DNA of 64,000 nt, taken from Butyricimonas virosa (GTDB taxonomy: Bacteria; Bacteroidota; Bacteroidia; Bacteroidales; Marinifilaceae). Location of the stretch: NCBI GenBank assembly GCA_020743075.1, contig DYVS01000149.1, positions 8,159 through 72,158 of the forward strand, written 5' to 3'. Positions 43,944-53,724 of this stretch are shown here, in pieces (within the stretch, counting starts at the first letter, position 1; each line of letters opens with the position of its first letter). The notes below the pieces were generated by a model, which searched no databases, had not been told where the DNA came from, and worked only from the letters and a program-made list of their open reading frames with translations. A program made the position numbers and the translations under genes.

Positions 43944-45401
43944 TCACATCTTTATTATAACGTTACTTCTTTGCACCCCGTCAAGCTTTAACGACACGTG
44001 AAGGAAATTCTGCCTCCGGTAAAGTATTGCTTGGTCGAAGGGGATATTGTTATTCTCTAACGCCTCTAGAATGTCATTCGCCTTCCCGTCAATACTCAAA
44101 TCTGCCGCCTCGCCCTTGCAATTCCCCTGAATACTAATCTTGTCTTTCCTTCGGATAACAAGTGTTGTGTTTCGGTTATTTACACACCAGACAATTCCGT
44201 CATAATCAACTAAAGAAAAGCTGTCTTCTTTTACTTTCGTTTCATATTTGTTCGGATTGATGGTGATATGGTAAATTTCTTTGCTATTCCCCGTCATGCC
44301 TTTTATGTTGTATCTTCCAGCCTCTTTTTTGATATATTGATTTCGCATTCCGCTAAGGCAACACATGGCTTGGAGTATATCGACATTTTCCTTCACAGAA
44401 GAAATTATACTGAAGCTCTCGCAGTTCTCCCGTTTATCACAACTACCGTCGTAAAAGGAATAGTATCTAACCAGTTAGCGCAAATTATCGCTGCCTATAT
44501 TCAGAATCCATTTGGGTATTATCTTGTTTGGGCCTATAATATCGTATATTTGCCTGGCATAGAAACTTCGTAAATAGTAATTATATACGCCATGCCTATC
44601 TAATGTCTTCGTGTATAACCAGTCCAGTTCGTGAAGCAAACGTTCCAATTGTCTGCATTTGCGTTCCTTTTTGAATCTGAACCCAAGAGCAACGGAGCGT
44701 TTCTTATAGCAAAAAAATCCGTCAGAGATAGCCGCCATGCACATTTTCAAGAGGAGCATATCCGCTTCGAAATGACCTTTCATTACTCCAGCGCACAAGA
44801 AATGCCTTCGCCTCCCGTATACGTCTTCGATAAGTTCTATATGATACTTGTCGTTGTCCGTCTTCAGCGAATCGAAATAAGCCTGCCCTTTGGGGGTAAT
44901 ATTTAAACTGCCTTTTCTAACATACTTATGGCTGTCGTATCGGACAAGCATCCGGTGTTGGTCTGTTACCATCATATCGGTATGCAATGATTGTATGTGT
45001 ACCATTTTCCCCGAATGATGTCGTTTGATTATGCGCTCAATCGGCACAAGCTCGATGAATCCCGTATCCATATTATAGCTATACACGTTGTCACATTCAT
45101 TGATCGTATTAGGCGTAGTCCAACCTCTCTCCGTCAATATCTCAGTTTCAGAATCAAAACAATGCTGGCTCGTTGGTACACCGCCCACCGCCTTGTTCAG
45201 CTCCGGACACCTGTATCCCGAATTAACATGGATTGGAACACCTAGCTTGTCCCGCAAGGGCTGTATCGTCCGGCTAACCAGTACACGTAACGCCGCCAGT
45301 TCTTTCTCTCCCGGCTCGTTAATTATTCCCAGCCTGCTAGCGGTATCACTTCTGGTGAACTCCTCTAGGGTAAAATTCTCGCTTAATTTCTCGTTATTCA
45401 T
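43944..45401 (-). pseudogene. M15-family peptidase endolysin carrying an intein, interrupted by one in-frame TAA
   Basis: ORFs 44475-45401 and 43944-44396 share one frame and are separated only by TAA at 44475-44477; exteins give NFTLEEFTRSDTA...SGYRCPELNKAVGGVPTSQH + CKGEAADL...FDQAILY...HVS. Confidence 0.75.
44121..45161 (-). other. class-1 intein with LAGLIDADG homing endonuclease domain
   Basis: Cys1 CFDSETEILTERGW (block A), MVTDQHRMLV (block B), AAISDGFF and YYSFYDGS (LAGLIDADG 1 and 2), VDYDGIVWCVNNRNTTLVIRR...IQGN then +1 Cys. Confidence 0.75.
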
Positions 45402-45819
45402 CTTTAACCTCTATTATGTCCGCCTTCTTGGCGAATAATTTGAAAATGTTGATCTTGACCTTCTTCCCGTGAGCCTCGAAGTAGTTCCCGTAACAACTGT
45501 TTATCTCGCAACCGTACACCACCAGCAAAACGATAGAGGGCAAGATCGGCACGTCAAAAGGTATCCCGAAGGCTTTCCCCATCGCCCCGGCCACGAGTAT
45601 CCAGCACAGGTAATCGATGATCTTGTTAGCAGTGCGGCGTATCGCCCTAGACGGGCGTATTACCTCCCCACGTGCTTTAGCCGCCAGTATACCGAAACGA
45701 AGGTCAACGATAATCAGTATGAGACCCAGCAACAAGAACCACTTCAACGGCTCCATGAAGTCAAGAAGGTTGCTCATGATCGCCGCCATGAACCCGCCTA
45801 TCACGTTTCTCTCGTCCAT
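45394..45819 (-). CDS. phage holin family protein
   Basis: 141 aa from ATG 45819; 3-4 TM segments; IIVDLRFGILAAKARGEVIRPSR pattern of the holin_4 family; overlaps the endolysin start. Confidence 0.6.
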   Translation of the reverse strand: MDERNVIGGFMAAIMSNLLDFMEPLKWFLLLGLILIIVDLRFGILAAKARGEVIRPSRAIRRTANKIIDYLCWILVAGAMGKAFGIPFDVPILPSIVLLVVYGCEINSCYGNYFEAHGKKVKINIFKLFAKKADIIEVKDE

Positions 45820-45830
45820 GTTATAACCTT

Positions 45831-46007
45831 TTACTCGTTCTTGATATACTTCCCGTGCAACACCTTCCCCCACCAGCCAGCAAACACGCCGCAACCGAAT
45901 GAAATAACACTCGTCAACGACACCCAAGCCGGGACTACCTTCACGAAAACGATCAACGTCACCGCCGCTAGGGCAACGATCAACCAAAAAATTTGCTTCT
46001 TCTTCAT
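45831..46007 (-). CDS. small two-TM protein upstream of the holin (58 aa)
   Basis: ORF found by hand: MKKKQIFWLIVALAAVTLIVFVKVVPAWVSLTSVISFGCGVFAGWWGKVL... Confidence 0.4.
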   Translation of the reverse strand: MKKKQIFWLIVALAAVTLIVFVKVVPAWVSLTSVISFGCGVFAGWWGKVLHGKYIKNE

Positions 46008-46098
46008 GATATTTAAATTTAAGTTATACCTTTGTCTCGGGGTTACAAGGTAGCCTCTTGCATAAGCGGGGTCTGTTCCGAGACGGAACGCCCCTTTT

Positions 46099-46368
46099 TT
46101 ATTTCATGCAATCACGTATAGCGTCCGTTAGCTTGTTCGTGAAAAAATCGCTGTCAAGCAGCCGGACAAACAATTTCCCCTCGTTCTCGTCTAGCTCTAC
46201 CTCGCCATCTGACTTGTAAATTTTCTCCGCCAGCAACTTGTAACCGATACCGTTCGCCCCGGAGTAAATTAATTCCCCTACAGCTTCTCTTGTATCCATC
46301 TCTTTCACCTCGCCGGAAAGGCTCGTGAGTTTCAGTTTCTTGAAATTGATTTTGATTGTTTTTTCCAT
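46099..46368 (-). CDS. hypothetical protein
   Basis: 89-aa ORF between the Tal-like gene and the lysis genes. Confidence 0.45.
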   Translation of the reverse strand: MEKTIKINFKKLKLTSLSGEVKEMDTREAVGELIYSGANGIGYKLLAEKIYKSDGEVELDENEGKLFVRLLDSDFFTNKLTDAIRDCMK

Positions 46369-46398
46369 GTTTTGTATTTTGAATTATTTGTTTAAATA

Positions 46399-49300
46399 TT
46401 AATATGCCCTACCTGCTATGTTAGCAACAAAATTTCCCCCTCCAGACCATAAAACAATGTCCACGGCGTCACCTTTTTCTAGTGATAAATACGTGATTGC
46501 GGACCCGTTTTCGTTGTAAAGCGTGCATCCGTCACTTGGGTATAGTCTTGCAGAAGCATTATAAGTAAAAATCGATATTTTAATCATGAAAGCTTGTGAT
46601 GCCGATGAATCTAAAAATAAAACTTTCCTGATATGAGCTAAAGTTGGTAAATACACGTTAGTCAAAGAAGATAAATTGAGCATCACAATTTTACCACGAT
46701 CTATACGAATCGGACCGGAATTTGATAGTTCATAATACCTGTAATCAATTATAGCGTCACGAGAAACTATCAAACCATTATTAGCATAAATGGCATAATT
46801 GCGCCCGGCATCCGTGTACGTGTTAGGATGTCCAGTAGAATCTAATTTTAGAGCCACGTTGCATTGTGGCGCAGAACTAGCCCACACGGTACTAACTTCA
46901 AAACGAGCGGCTACGACCCCAAATCCCGTAGAAGAAGGAATGGTATTCACGCCTATCATGGCTAAAACATCATCATCTTTAAATTTAATAAAACTATCAT
47001 ATAGAGACATGCCTTTCGTTGGATTATTGATCGAACTAATAGTTCCTATTCTCCCGTTAGCTAAAGAGAATCCACCTATCTCGCTAGATTTTCCTAGTTT
47101 TAACAATTCTGAACCATCAACTTTCCCTATCAACCCCCAATCGCTATCATTGTTATAAAACAGGCTGATGTAATTATTCTCATCCTTGTAAGCCTTGAAA
47201 GACCTTTCCTCGTCTTTTGAAGTGATCTTGACACCCGGCCCAGTCCCGAAATCGCTACCACCGTAAATCTGCCCGTTTTGAAACTCGAACCCGCCGACAG
47301 AAATCATGTTAGCTGTGATAGACCCGGCTTTTAGAATGTTCGTTGATAACTTGTCAACCAGAGCGGTATCCGCCACCAGCGTCTCCACGTCAATCAACTT
47401 GGTGTTAATGTACGCCCCCTTGATTATCGTTTCACCTTTCGAGGCGTTCTCTACCATCTTGTCAAAATTACTATACCCAAGTTGTTGGGCGAGGTCATCC
47501 TTGGCGCTAAATTCTATATCCCCGTACCCGTCGGCGGTCAGGTCGAACGCCGTCATGTAAGCGATATACCATTCTAACGGGTCGGATTCGGTAGGAGCGG
47601 GTCCACCACTTATGTACACGTGTCCACCCACGCTAAAAGTTCCGGTTGCCCCGCAGACAACCTTACGAAGGTACGTCGTGTATTTCCCTGTACCCTCCGT
47701 GGGAGTTAGCCACGTGTCAGAATAGCCCGCTCCCATGCTATTGGAAGCTGTATTTATTTTATAACCAACAGGTATTTTGGCGATAATTTTTTGCACAAAC
47801 ACGGCATTCGCCCGGGAGGTTATATACTGGTATACCCCGCCATGCCCGGGTGCTTGAGCTGCTTTACACGTGACTTTCAGGCAGTACCCGGATTGTGTCG
47901 GGGCATCCGATGGCTTGGTAACTCTCTCTACCGTTAGTTTCGAAGCGATGTAATCAGGGGAGACGTTGCTTGAATTAGTGTATTTTGCCACCCCGTTTAA
48001 TCCCTTCTTGAACTCCGGGTCAGCGTACAGCATCTTTCCCCCGTCCATGCCGATCGCCCCGGTTGCCTTGTCAGCTTGCGCTTTCGCCGCTGCCGCAATC
48101 GAGTTGAGGATAGTTTGACGGGCGGGGTAATATGCCGCTATGTTATTGTAATCTGACCCCACCGCTATGTTTTCCGGTGATGTCGCGGTGTACTTGTCTA
48201 AAGCTGCTATGGCGGCATCGTAGGCTGACATGTAAGACGCCAACGAGATACTGAACCTGTTAGCGTTCGCCTCGATCTCGTTCTTTTCCGCTTGTATATC
48301 GCTCTTCTGCTGCCTCAATGCCGTTTTCTCCTGCGGGGAGATATAACCGTCGCTGGCCCATTCCCCGAGGCGGTTGTTTATCTCGTCAAATTCTTTTTGC
48401 ACGTCCCCAGCCGAAGGGCTCCATGAAGCGGGAGGGGTGAAGCCCTCGACGAGCATGATTTCGGTGAATTTTACACTTCGTAATAGTCCTTCCGACTGTA
48501 TGCCCGGGTAAAATAATAACCTGCCCTCTCTAGCAGTAAAATTGTTATTTGTTATCAACAATCCCGAGTTCATGCCCGCCTTGATAGTCCCTCTTGCGTA
48601 TCTTTGGGATTCAGCCAAGCTTGTGTCGTACAATCGAAATTCATACCCAGAAGGAATATCTCCAGAAATGACTTCTGCATTTGTAAATCTAAGCGAGTAA
48701 ACCGTGTTAGGTTTAATCACGGGAACTTTTAACGTTTTATAAGTTTGACTTGCTACCGTCACCTCTTTCCCCCCGTCCACCAGGTTCACGTTACTCTGCC
48801 CGGTTAGGTCTTCCGTCGCAACAGGAGGTTCGGCCAAGACCTTGTTTCCCTCGTAGAGGGCGAGGGAGTAGATAAAATTCGAGTAGGTTTGTCCCGGGTT
48901 CGCCACGTTCCAGTATAATCGAGCGATTGTCTTTCCTTGTTTAGAAATATAGTCATAACGCTTGTAGACAGAATCTTTTATCAGAAACGCTGCTTCTTTT
49001 GTGCTATCCGTGTATTCAACAATTAAATAAGGTCTCCATGATGAACCACCACTTGGATTCCCCTTGCAATTTACAGAGATAACGTATTGCGTACCATTCT
49101 TAAAATTGCTATACAATGTTGTATTATCCTTCGGGGCTACAGAAATATATATACCATCAGAATCTTGTCCCCATATTGCAGAACCATTAGCCGTGTTGTT
49201 CATGTCCAAAAGTATCTTCCTGCTCACTAGGTTTACGGAGCCGATTTGCAAGTTATTAACGGCATCCTGTCCCCCGATAATCCCTTGTTCCGTGGCGTAC

Positions 49301-52300
49301 CTGTTTTGATCCGCTATTGACGGGCTCCAGTCTGTTGCCTTGTTACCCTTCTCGTATTTCCAATCGGTTATATATATCGTGTTTTTTGTCCCGAAATGAA
49401 TAATATCTGACCCTGCTTTAGCCGTGAAAGTTATCACCTTTCTTTCCCATGATGTCGTCACGTGAACGGTAGTTGCCCCGTAGTTTGAACCATTATAGTG
49501 ATTCACTTGAGCGTCATATTCCTCGCTTCCCTTGACCCATAGCGAGAAAGTGTACTCGCCATCTTCTACCATCACGTGTGCGAATCTACAATTCGCAGAA
49601 TTCCGGTTAAATTGCAGGCAAGTTTTCCCCTCAATCTTTGTTTTTGAAGCGTATGAACTGTCATAAAGCCCGAGTACATCCAGGAAATTCCCCCCGCTAT
49701 AATCCGCCAAGTTGATTCCCCCAATTTGAAGGTTACCGACCGACTCGTCCGCCACCTTTTGCGCTATGACGTTGGCGAAGGCGGTACGCTCGGAGTAGTA
49801 GTTGGCGAAGTCTTGGTTGTACTCGGTCTTCTGCGCCACGGACAGGTTGCTGTCAATATCCTGCGCTATTTTAACCGTGTTCGTCAAGAACGTGTTCAGC
49901 GTGTTGTAGGCGTTTTGAAGGGCAGTTATAGAGACCCCGTACTTTGTCGCTTGCGCTTGGTAGGCAGTGAATTCTTTCTGTATTTGATTCCACGTGTCCC
50001 GTAGGGTGGCTTTCTCTTCCTTCGTGATAACGTTATCATCCGCCATCTTCGCCAGCCGGAGCATGGTGTCATTGAAAAGCTGCCAGTCGGACTGGGAACC
50101 GGTCTCGCCGTCTAACCTTTGATGGTTGCAGATGTACATCGAACCGTCAAGTTTTATCCACATGTCGTTGATGTTGTACGGTGCCTCCGGTAGCGTGTTT
50201 CCCCACGTGATGGTTGCTTTCGTCCCGGCTAGACCGAGGGCTTCTCTCGCCACGCTGGCGGCCAATGCCGAGCCGGAATCGGCGACACGTACCCATTGAT
50301 ATTCCCCGTTTAACTTCGAGAACTTGTACCTCTCCGTCACATTCTGCCCGTCAACGGTCAAGAAGTAATCGTAGTAATCACCGATATGTCGATTCTTCTC
50401 TTCTTCCGAGGTCCATTTCACCGCCGGCTCGTTCGTCAACGTCGGGGGGACCGTCCCTTCATGAGACATTATACTACCGTCTATCTGCCCCTGCAAGTCG
50501 GGAATAATTACGGAAGTGAGGTCGTTCACCACGTATTGAACCGAATCCGCCAAGTCTTTAGCGTCCTGTATCCTCTTGTCAACGTCCTCGTACTCGTCAA
50601 ATTGCTCGAGACCTGATGACCCGGCCGTTATGTGAACCTCTCCCCGGATAACCGCACCTTTCTTCCCCCCGTGTTTCCCTAGCCACGATCCCTCCTTGTT
50701 GGAAAGGTCGAAACTGTTTATACCGTAATACGTGAATATACCCACCTCCCCGTTAACGGCAGATAACAACACTGCATCCTGTCGATCCGGGTTCGTCCTG
50801 TTGCCGAGTTGCACTATCTCGTCCCCCTCGGCAGGCACGCCGTCACCGTCCTTGTCGACCCGGGAGATGTCGATGTAATCGTCACCCCTTGATAGAACTA
50901 GCGACCACAGGTACTTTATGTTGTTACCCGTGAAGTTCTGTATCCTCGCTTGATCGTTCACCTCGAACTCGTTGAAGTCCTCCGGCCTGCAATAAACACG
51001 GTAGTAAGTGTCGAAGGTCTCGACACGGTCAATCTTGAACCCCGTTGCCGGGCTTAACACCATTATCCCTCCTTGAAACCTCATTCGCTGGATCATCATT
51101 TCAAGGACGTACATGATCTTGCGAACGAGTAACTTGTCCGTCTGCAACTCGTCATCGTTCACCATCCCGACACCGGCACCGAGAGGCCCGGCGGCGAAGT
51201 TCCAGCTCTTGAAAGAACGTAACAACACGTCACGAAACTCGGCGTTACCGAGGGCGTCTATTACCCATCCCTTTAACTTGCTCTCGAAGTCTGTGGAGGT
51301 AACGCTATTGAACTTTACGGGGTCATAAGTGTGGAGTTTTTGATCCATCCATAACGGTCTCCATTGATTGATGAGAACGTTGAATAATCTCCGCACGTCT
51401 TCTAGGCTTATAAGTTGCTTTAGAGTGACTTGTATTTGCTCGATTTGATTATTCACGTTATCCTCGTAAGAATACAGTATCTCATCGCCAAGCTCGTAGT
51501 TTATTTCATCGCTACTTGAAGATTGATTTATCGCTAATATGCGTGTATTTATACTATGCTCACCTACTTTTACTGTTATGCTGTCTCCAATATCTAAAGA
51601 ATATCCCTTTTTGGTGAGAAATCTTTTACTAACTTTTACACTTGGAGCGTATTGTGGTTCACTCCTTTTATTTAATTCTTCTTGTGTCGCTTTTCTTAAT
51701 TCTTCTTCAGCCTCGTCAATGTAGGATTGAGGCATATTTATATTTAGCAAGACAAAAACGTCCCCAATTCTAGGTTGCCTACTTGTGTTAGGCAGCCTGT
51801 AACCATCCTCTTCTTCTTGAACGATGATTTGTAACGTTTTATCAGTGTTATTCCAGCTATTATCAACAATTTCAAATTCACTTCCGGTTAGATCTCCTGT
51901 TTGGAACTTGACAATTGGCACTTTATCATCTGCGTATTGTTGGGATAAATCAAACGGGATGTCGAGTTTTAACTTCCATGCAACAGCTTTTTCAATATCT
52001 TCTGGTATGGTAACATCTAAAACGGTCTTGTTTATTAGCCTAGGGAATATATTATCATTCGTGTAAACACCCGTGATTTTACCGTATTTATCAGTATTTT
52101 TTTCTAATATATCATTTCCTAAATTTAAACGTTTAGGAGTGTCAGGAGAGACGTAATCTTTAGGTAGATTAACTGTTCCACCTTTCCCAATCAGTCTGGT
52201 GGCAATAAAAGTATTTTGCACTTTGTCAAGTCTAACTGAATATCCTCCTTTCTCCTTGCCGTATTCGAACACTACATCCACGTCTTTCCCGATACGGTAT

Positions 52301-52830
52301 TTCACGTTAATACTAGTGCCTATAAGGTTCCATTCCATGTTTGCCGCCTCGCATATATCATCGAGAGCTTGGAAACAAGAGCTATTGTCAAATTCGAGAT
52401 CGATAATATTACCCTCGTCAATATCCCCTGCAGTGTATTCTTGTTGATCCTCGTTCAAGGATAATATTACAAGATCAACGAATTCTTTTATTCCCCCGTG
52501 ATAAGGGAATGTGGTCGCTCCCTCGTCTTTCACAATGGAAAATTTCAACTTATAGTCAGGAGAACGAAAGACAAGAGGGTAGGAGAAGACCCCATTACTT
52601 TCTTCCACGTCAATAGGGTCATAAATAGTGTAATGGCTACCGTCTTCTATGATGTAATCCCCTATTTTGATGTCAAGACTATCCTTTGATTCAACATTAA
52701 ATGACACGTTATTATCGTGAGACATCGAACGTCTTATGTCATCATCTTCTATTACGAAATCGTGCTTCTTTACGCCTAGCCTGTATATGCTATATGTCTT
52801 CATTTGCATGGATAATTTTGCTTGTTTCAA
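46399..52830 (-). CDS. giant tail tip / host-specificity protein (Tal-like N-terminus)
   Basis: 2143 aa, follows Dit; N-terminal region resembles the phage minor structural protein N-terminal domain; long beta-rich C-terminal extensions. Confidence 0.7.
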   Translation of the reverse strand: MKQAKLSMQMKTYSIYRLGVKKHDFVIEDDDIRRSMSHDNNVSFNVESKDSLDIKIGDYIIEDGSHYTIYDPIDVEESNGVFSYPLVFRSPDYKLKFSIVKDEGATTFPYHGGIKEFVDLVILSLNEDQQEYTAGDIDEGNIIDLEFDNSSCFQALDDICEAANMEWNLIGTSINVKYRIGKDVDVVFEYGKEKGGYSVRLDKVQNTFIATRLIGKGGTVNLPKDYVSPDTPKRLNLGNDILEKNTDKYGKITGVYTNDNIFPRLINKTVLDVTIPEDIEKAVAWKLKLDIPFDLSQQYADDKVPIVKFQTGDLTGSEFEIVDNSWNNTDKTLQIIVQEEEDGYRLPNTSRQPRIGDVFVLLNINMPQSYIDEAEEELRKATQEELNKRSEPQYAPSVKVSKRFLTKKGYSLDIGDSITVKVGEHSINTRILAINQSSSSDEINYELGDEILYSYEDNVNNQIEQIQVTLKQLISLEDVRRLFNVLINQWRPLWMDQKLHTYDPVKFNSVTSTDFESKLKGWVIDALGNAEFRDVLLRSFKSWNFAAGPLGAGVGMVNDDELQTDKLLVRKIMYVLEMMIQRMRFQGGIMVLSPATGFKIDRVETFDTYYRVYCRPEDFNEFEVNDQARIQNFTGNNIKYLWSLVLSRGDDYIDISRVDKDGDGVPAEGDEIVQLGNRTNPDRQDAVLLSAVNGEVGIFTYYGINSFDLSNKEGSWLGKHGGKKGAVIRGEVHITAGSSGLEQFDEYEDVDKRIQDAKDLADSVQYVVNDLTSVIIPDLQGQIDGSIMSHEGTVPPTLTNEPAVKWTSEEEKNRHIGDYYDYFLTVDGQNVTERYKFSKLNGEYQWVRVADSGSALAASVAREALGLAGTKATITWGNTLPEAPYNINDMWIKLDGSMYICNHQRLDGETGSQSDWQLFNDTMLRLAKMADDNVITKEEKATLRDTWNQIQKEFTAYQAQATKYGVSITALQNAYNTLNTFLTNTVKIAQDIDSNLSVAQKTEYNQDFANYYSERTAFANVIAQKVADESVGNLQIGGINLADYSGGNFLDVLGLYDSSYASKTKIEGKTCLQFNRNSANCRFAHVMVEDGEYTFSLWVKGSEEYDAQVNHYNGSNYGATTVHVTTSWERKVITFTAKAGSDIIHFGTKNTIYITDWKYEKGNKATDWSPSIADQNRYATEQGIIGGQDAVNNLQIGSVNLVSRKILLDMNNTANGSAIWGQDSDGIYISVAPKDNTTLYSNFKNGTQYVISVNCKGNPSGGSSWRPYLIVEYTDSTKEAAFLIKDSVYKRYDYISKQGKTIARLYWNVANPGQTYSNFIYSLALYEGNKVLAEPPVATEDLTGQSNVNLVDGGKEVTVASQTYKTLKVPVIKPNTVYSLRFTNAEVISGDIPSGYEFRLYDTSLAESQRYARGTIKAGMNSGLLITNNNFTAREGRLLFYPGIQSEGLLRSVKFTEIMLVEGFTPPASWSPSAGDVQKEFDEINNRLGEWASDGYISPQEKTALRQQKSDIQAEKNEIEANANRFSISLASYMSAYDAAIAALDKYTATSPENIAVGSDYNNIAAYYPARQTILNSIAAAAKAQADKATGAIGMDGGKMLYADPEFKKGLNGVAKYTNSSNVSPDYIASKLTVERVTKPSDAPTQSGYCLKVTCKAAQAPGHGGVYQYITSRANAVFVQKIIAKIPVGYKINTASNSMGAGYSDTWLTPTEGTGKYTTYLRKVVCGATGTFSVGGHVYISGGPAPTESDPLEWYIAYMTAFDLTADGYGDIEFSAKDDLAQQLGYSNFDKMVENASKGETIIKGAYINTKLIDVETLVADTALVDKLSTNILKAGSITANMISVGGFEFQNGQIYGGSDFGTGPGVKITSKDEERSFKAYKDENNYISLFYNNDSDWGLIGKVDGSELLKLGKSSEIGGFSLANGRIGTISSINNPTKGMSLYDSFIKFKDDDVLAMIGVNTIPSSTGFGVVAARFEVSTVWASSAPQCNVALKLDSTGHPNTYTDAGRNYAIYANNGLIVSRDAIIDYRYYELSNSGPIRIDRGKIVMLNLSSLTNVYLPTLAHIRKVLFLDSSASQAFMIKISIFTYNASARLYPSDGCTLYNENGSAITYLSLEKGDAVDIVLWSGGGNFVANIAGRAY

Positions 52831-53665
52831 TTAGCTCGCACGTGAATTTTGCCACGATAATATCTTTCATGATAACATTCGTGATGGTAAATCCATTAAT
52901 AGCAAAACAATAAATAGATCTGCCTCGATAATTTATTGTTCTTAGTCCAGCACTTCCGAATAATCTGTATAGCGATTTTATTCTTGATTTGAAATCTTCA
53001 AAAGAAGTTGCTACAACGTGCGCCGAAATAGTAACCTTGCCCTTGTCTTCTCCTCCTGTTGATCGAATTGTTCTATCCGGGTTTTGAGTCACGTCAAGGG
53101 ATTTGAGAGGTTTAATATTAAAACTCCCATTAATTTTTTCAATGTATAAACCTAAAGATTTCCAAGAATAATCATCAATATCCTTGATCGTTGATATAGG
53201 TGGCAATGTTCCGGATAAATCTGGAGTTGGTTCAACGAATGAAATGCTTATTCTTGCGTTATTTTTGTCAATAGGGGTGATGTCTATGCTCTTGTTGACT
53301 TTAACATTCCATGACCCCCATTTACAGGATAGCATGGATAATTCAGGTAGTGCTAAAACGTAATTTTGTAAAGACCGAACATTTAATTCAAGATTCCCGA
53401 TAATGTACCCGGTGAATCTAATGCTTCTTGAGTCAAATTGAATATCGCTTTCGTCTACATAAGGATCTACACCGTTTTCACGAGGCCAGTCAAAATAAGT
53501 GTCACCAATTCTTTTAGGAAGGTCAAAGCATCCCGACAAAGCTATATGCTTGTTGCTACGAGATGGTACGATACCAAAATCAGAAAGAGGTTTATTATTA
53601 AGATAATATTCAGCCATTCCGTCCGTAGATATTTGGGTGGCATGTAACATCACATGCTTCAACAA
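52790..53665 (-). CDS. distal tail protein (Dit, siphovirus tail component)
   Basis: 291 aa; YLNNKPLSDFGIVPSR...IRFTGYIIG...AKFTCELIE pattern; immediately upstream of the Tal-like gene. Confidence 0.6.
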   Translation of the reverse strand: MLKHVMLHATQISTDGMAEYYLNNKPLSDFGIVPSRSNKHIALSGCFDLPKRIGDTYFDWPRENGVDPYVDESDIQFDSRSIRFTGYIIGNLELNVRSLQNYVLALPELSMLSCKWGSWNVKVNKSIDITPIDKNNARISISFVEPTPDLSGTLPPISTIKDIDDYSWKSLGLYIEKINGSFNIKPLKSLDVTQNPDRTIRSTGGEDKGKVTISAHVVATSFEDFKSRIKSLYRLFGSAGLRTINYRGRSIYCFAINGFTITNVIMKDIIVAKFTCELIETSKIIHANEDI

Positions 53666-53724
53666 AGATATAAAATTATAGTTTCTTTCAAAAGAATAAT
53701 ATCAAAATTTTATACAGTATAAAA

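Noticed and set aside
43944-45401. Stop-codon reassignment (TAA read as sense) as the explanation for the in-frame stop in the endolysin/intein.
   Set aside because: TAA is used as the stop of several tightly spaced or coupled genes here (for example the Panacea-domain gene 12476-12964, the chaperone frameshift product ending at 62222-62224, and the small ORFs 33234-33413 and 45831-46007), no other gene shows internal stops, and no suppressor tRNA is present in the window. A point mutation or sequencing error is more economical.
46399-52830. A diversity-generating retroelement targeting the giant tail protein or the tail fibre.
   Set aside because: No ORF in the window has reverse-transcriptase motifs, and I found no non-coding near-duplicate of a gene 3' end. 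This cannot be excluded for the part of the prophage beyond 64 kb.
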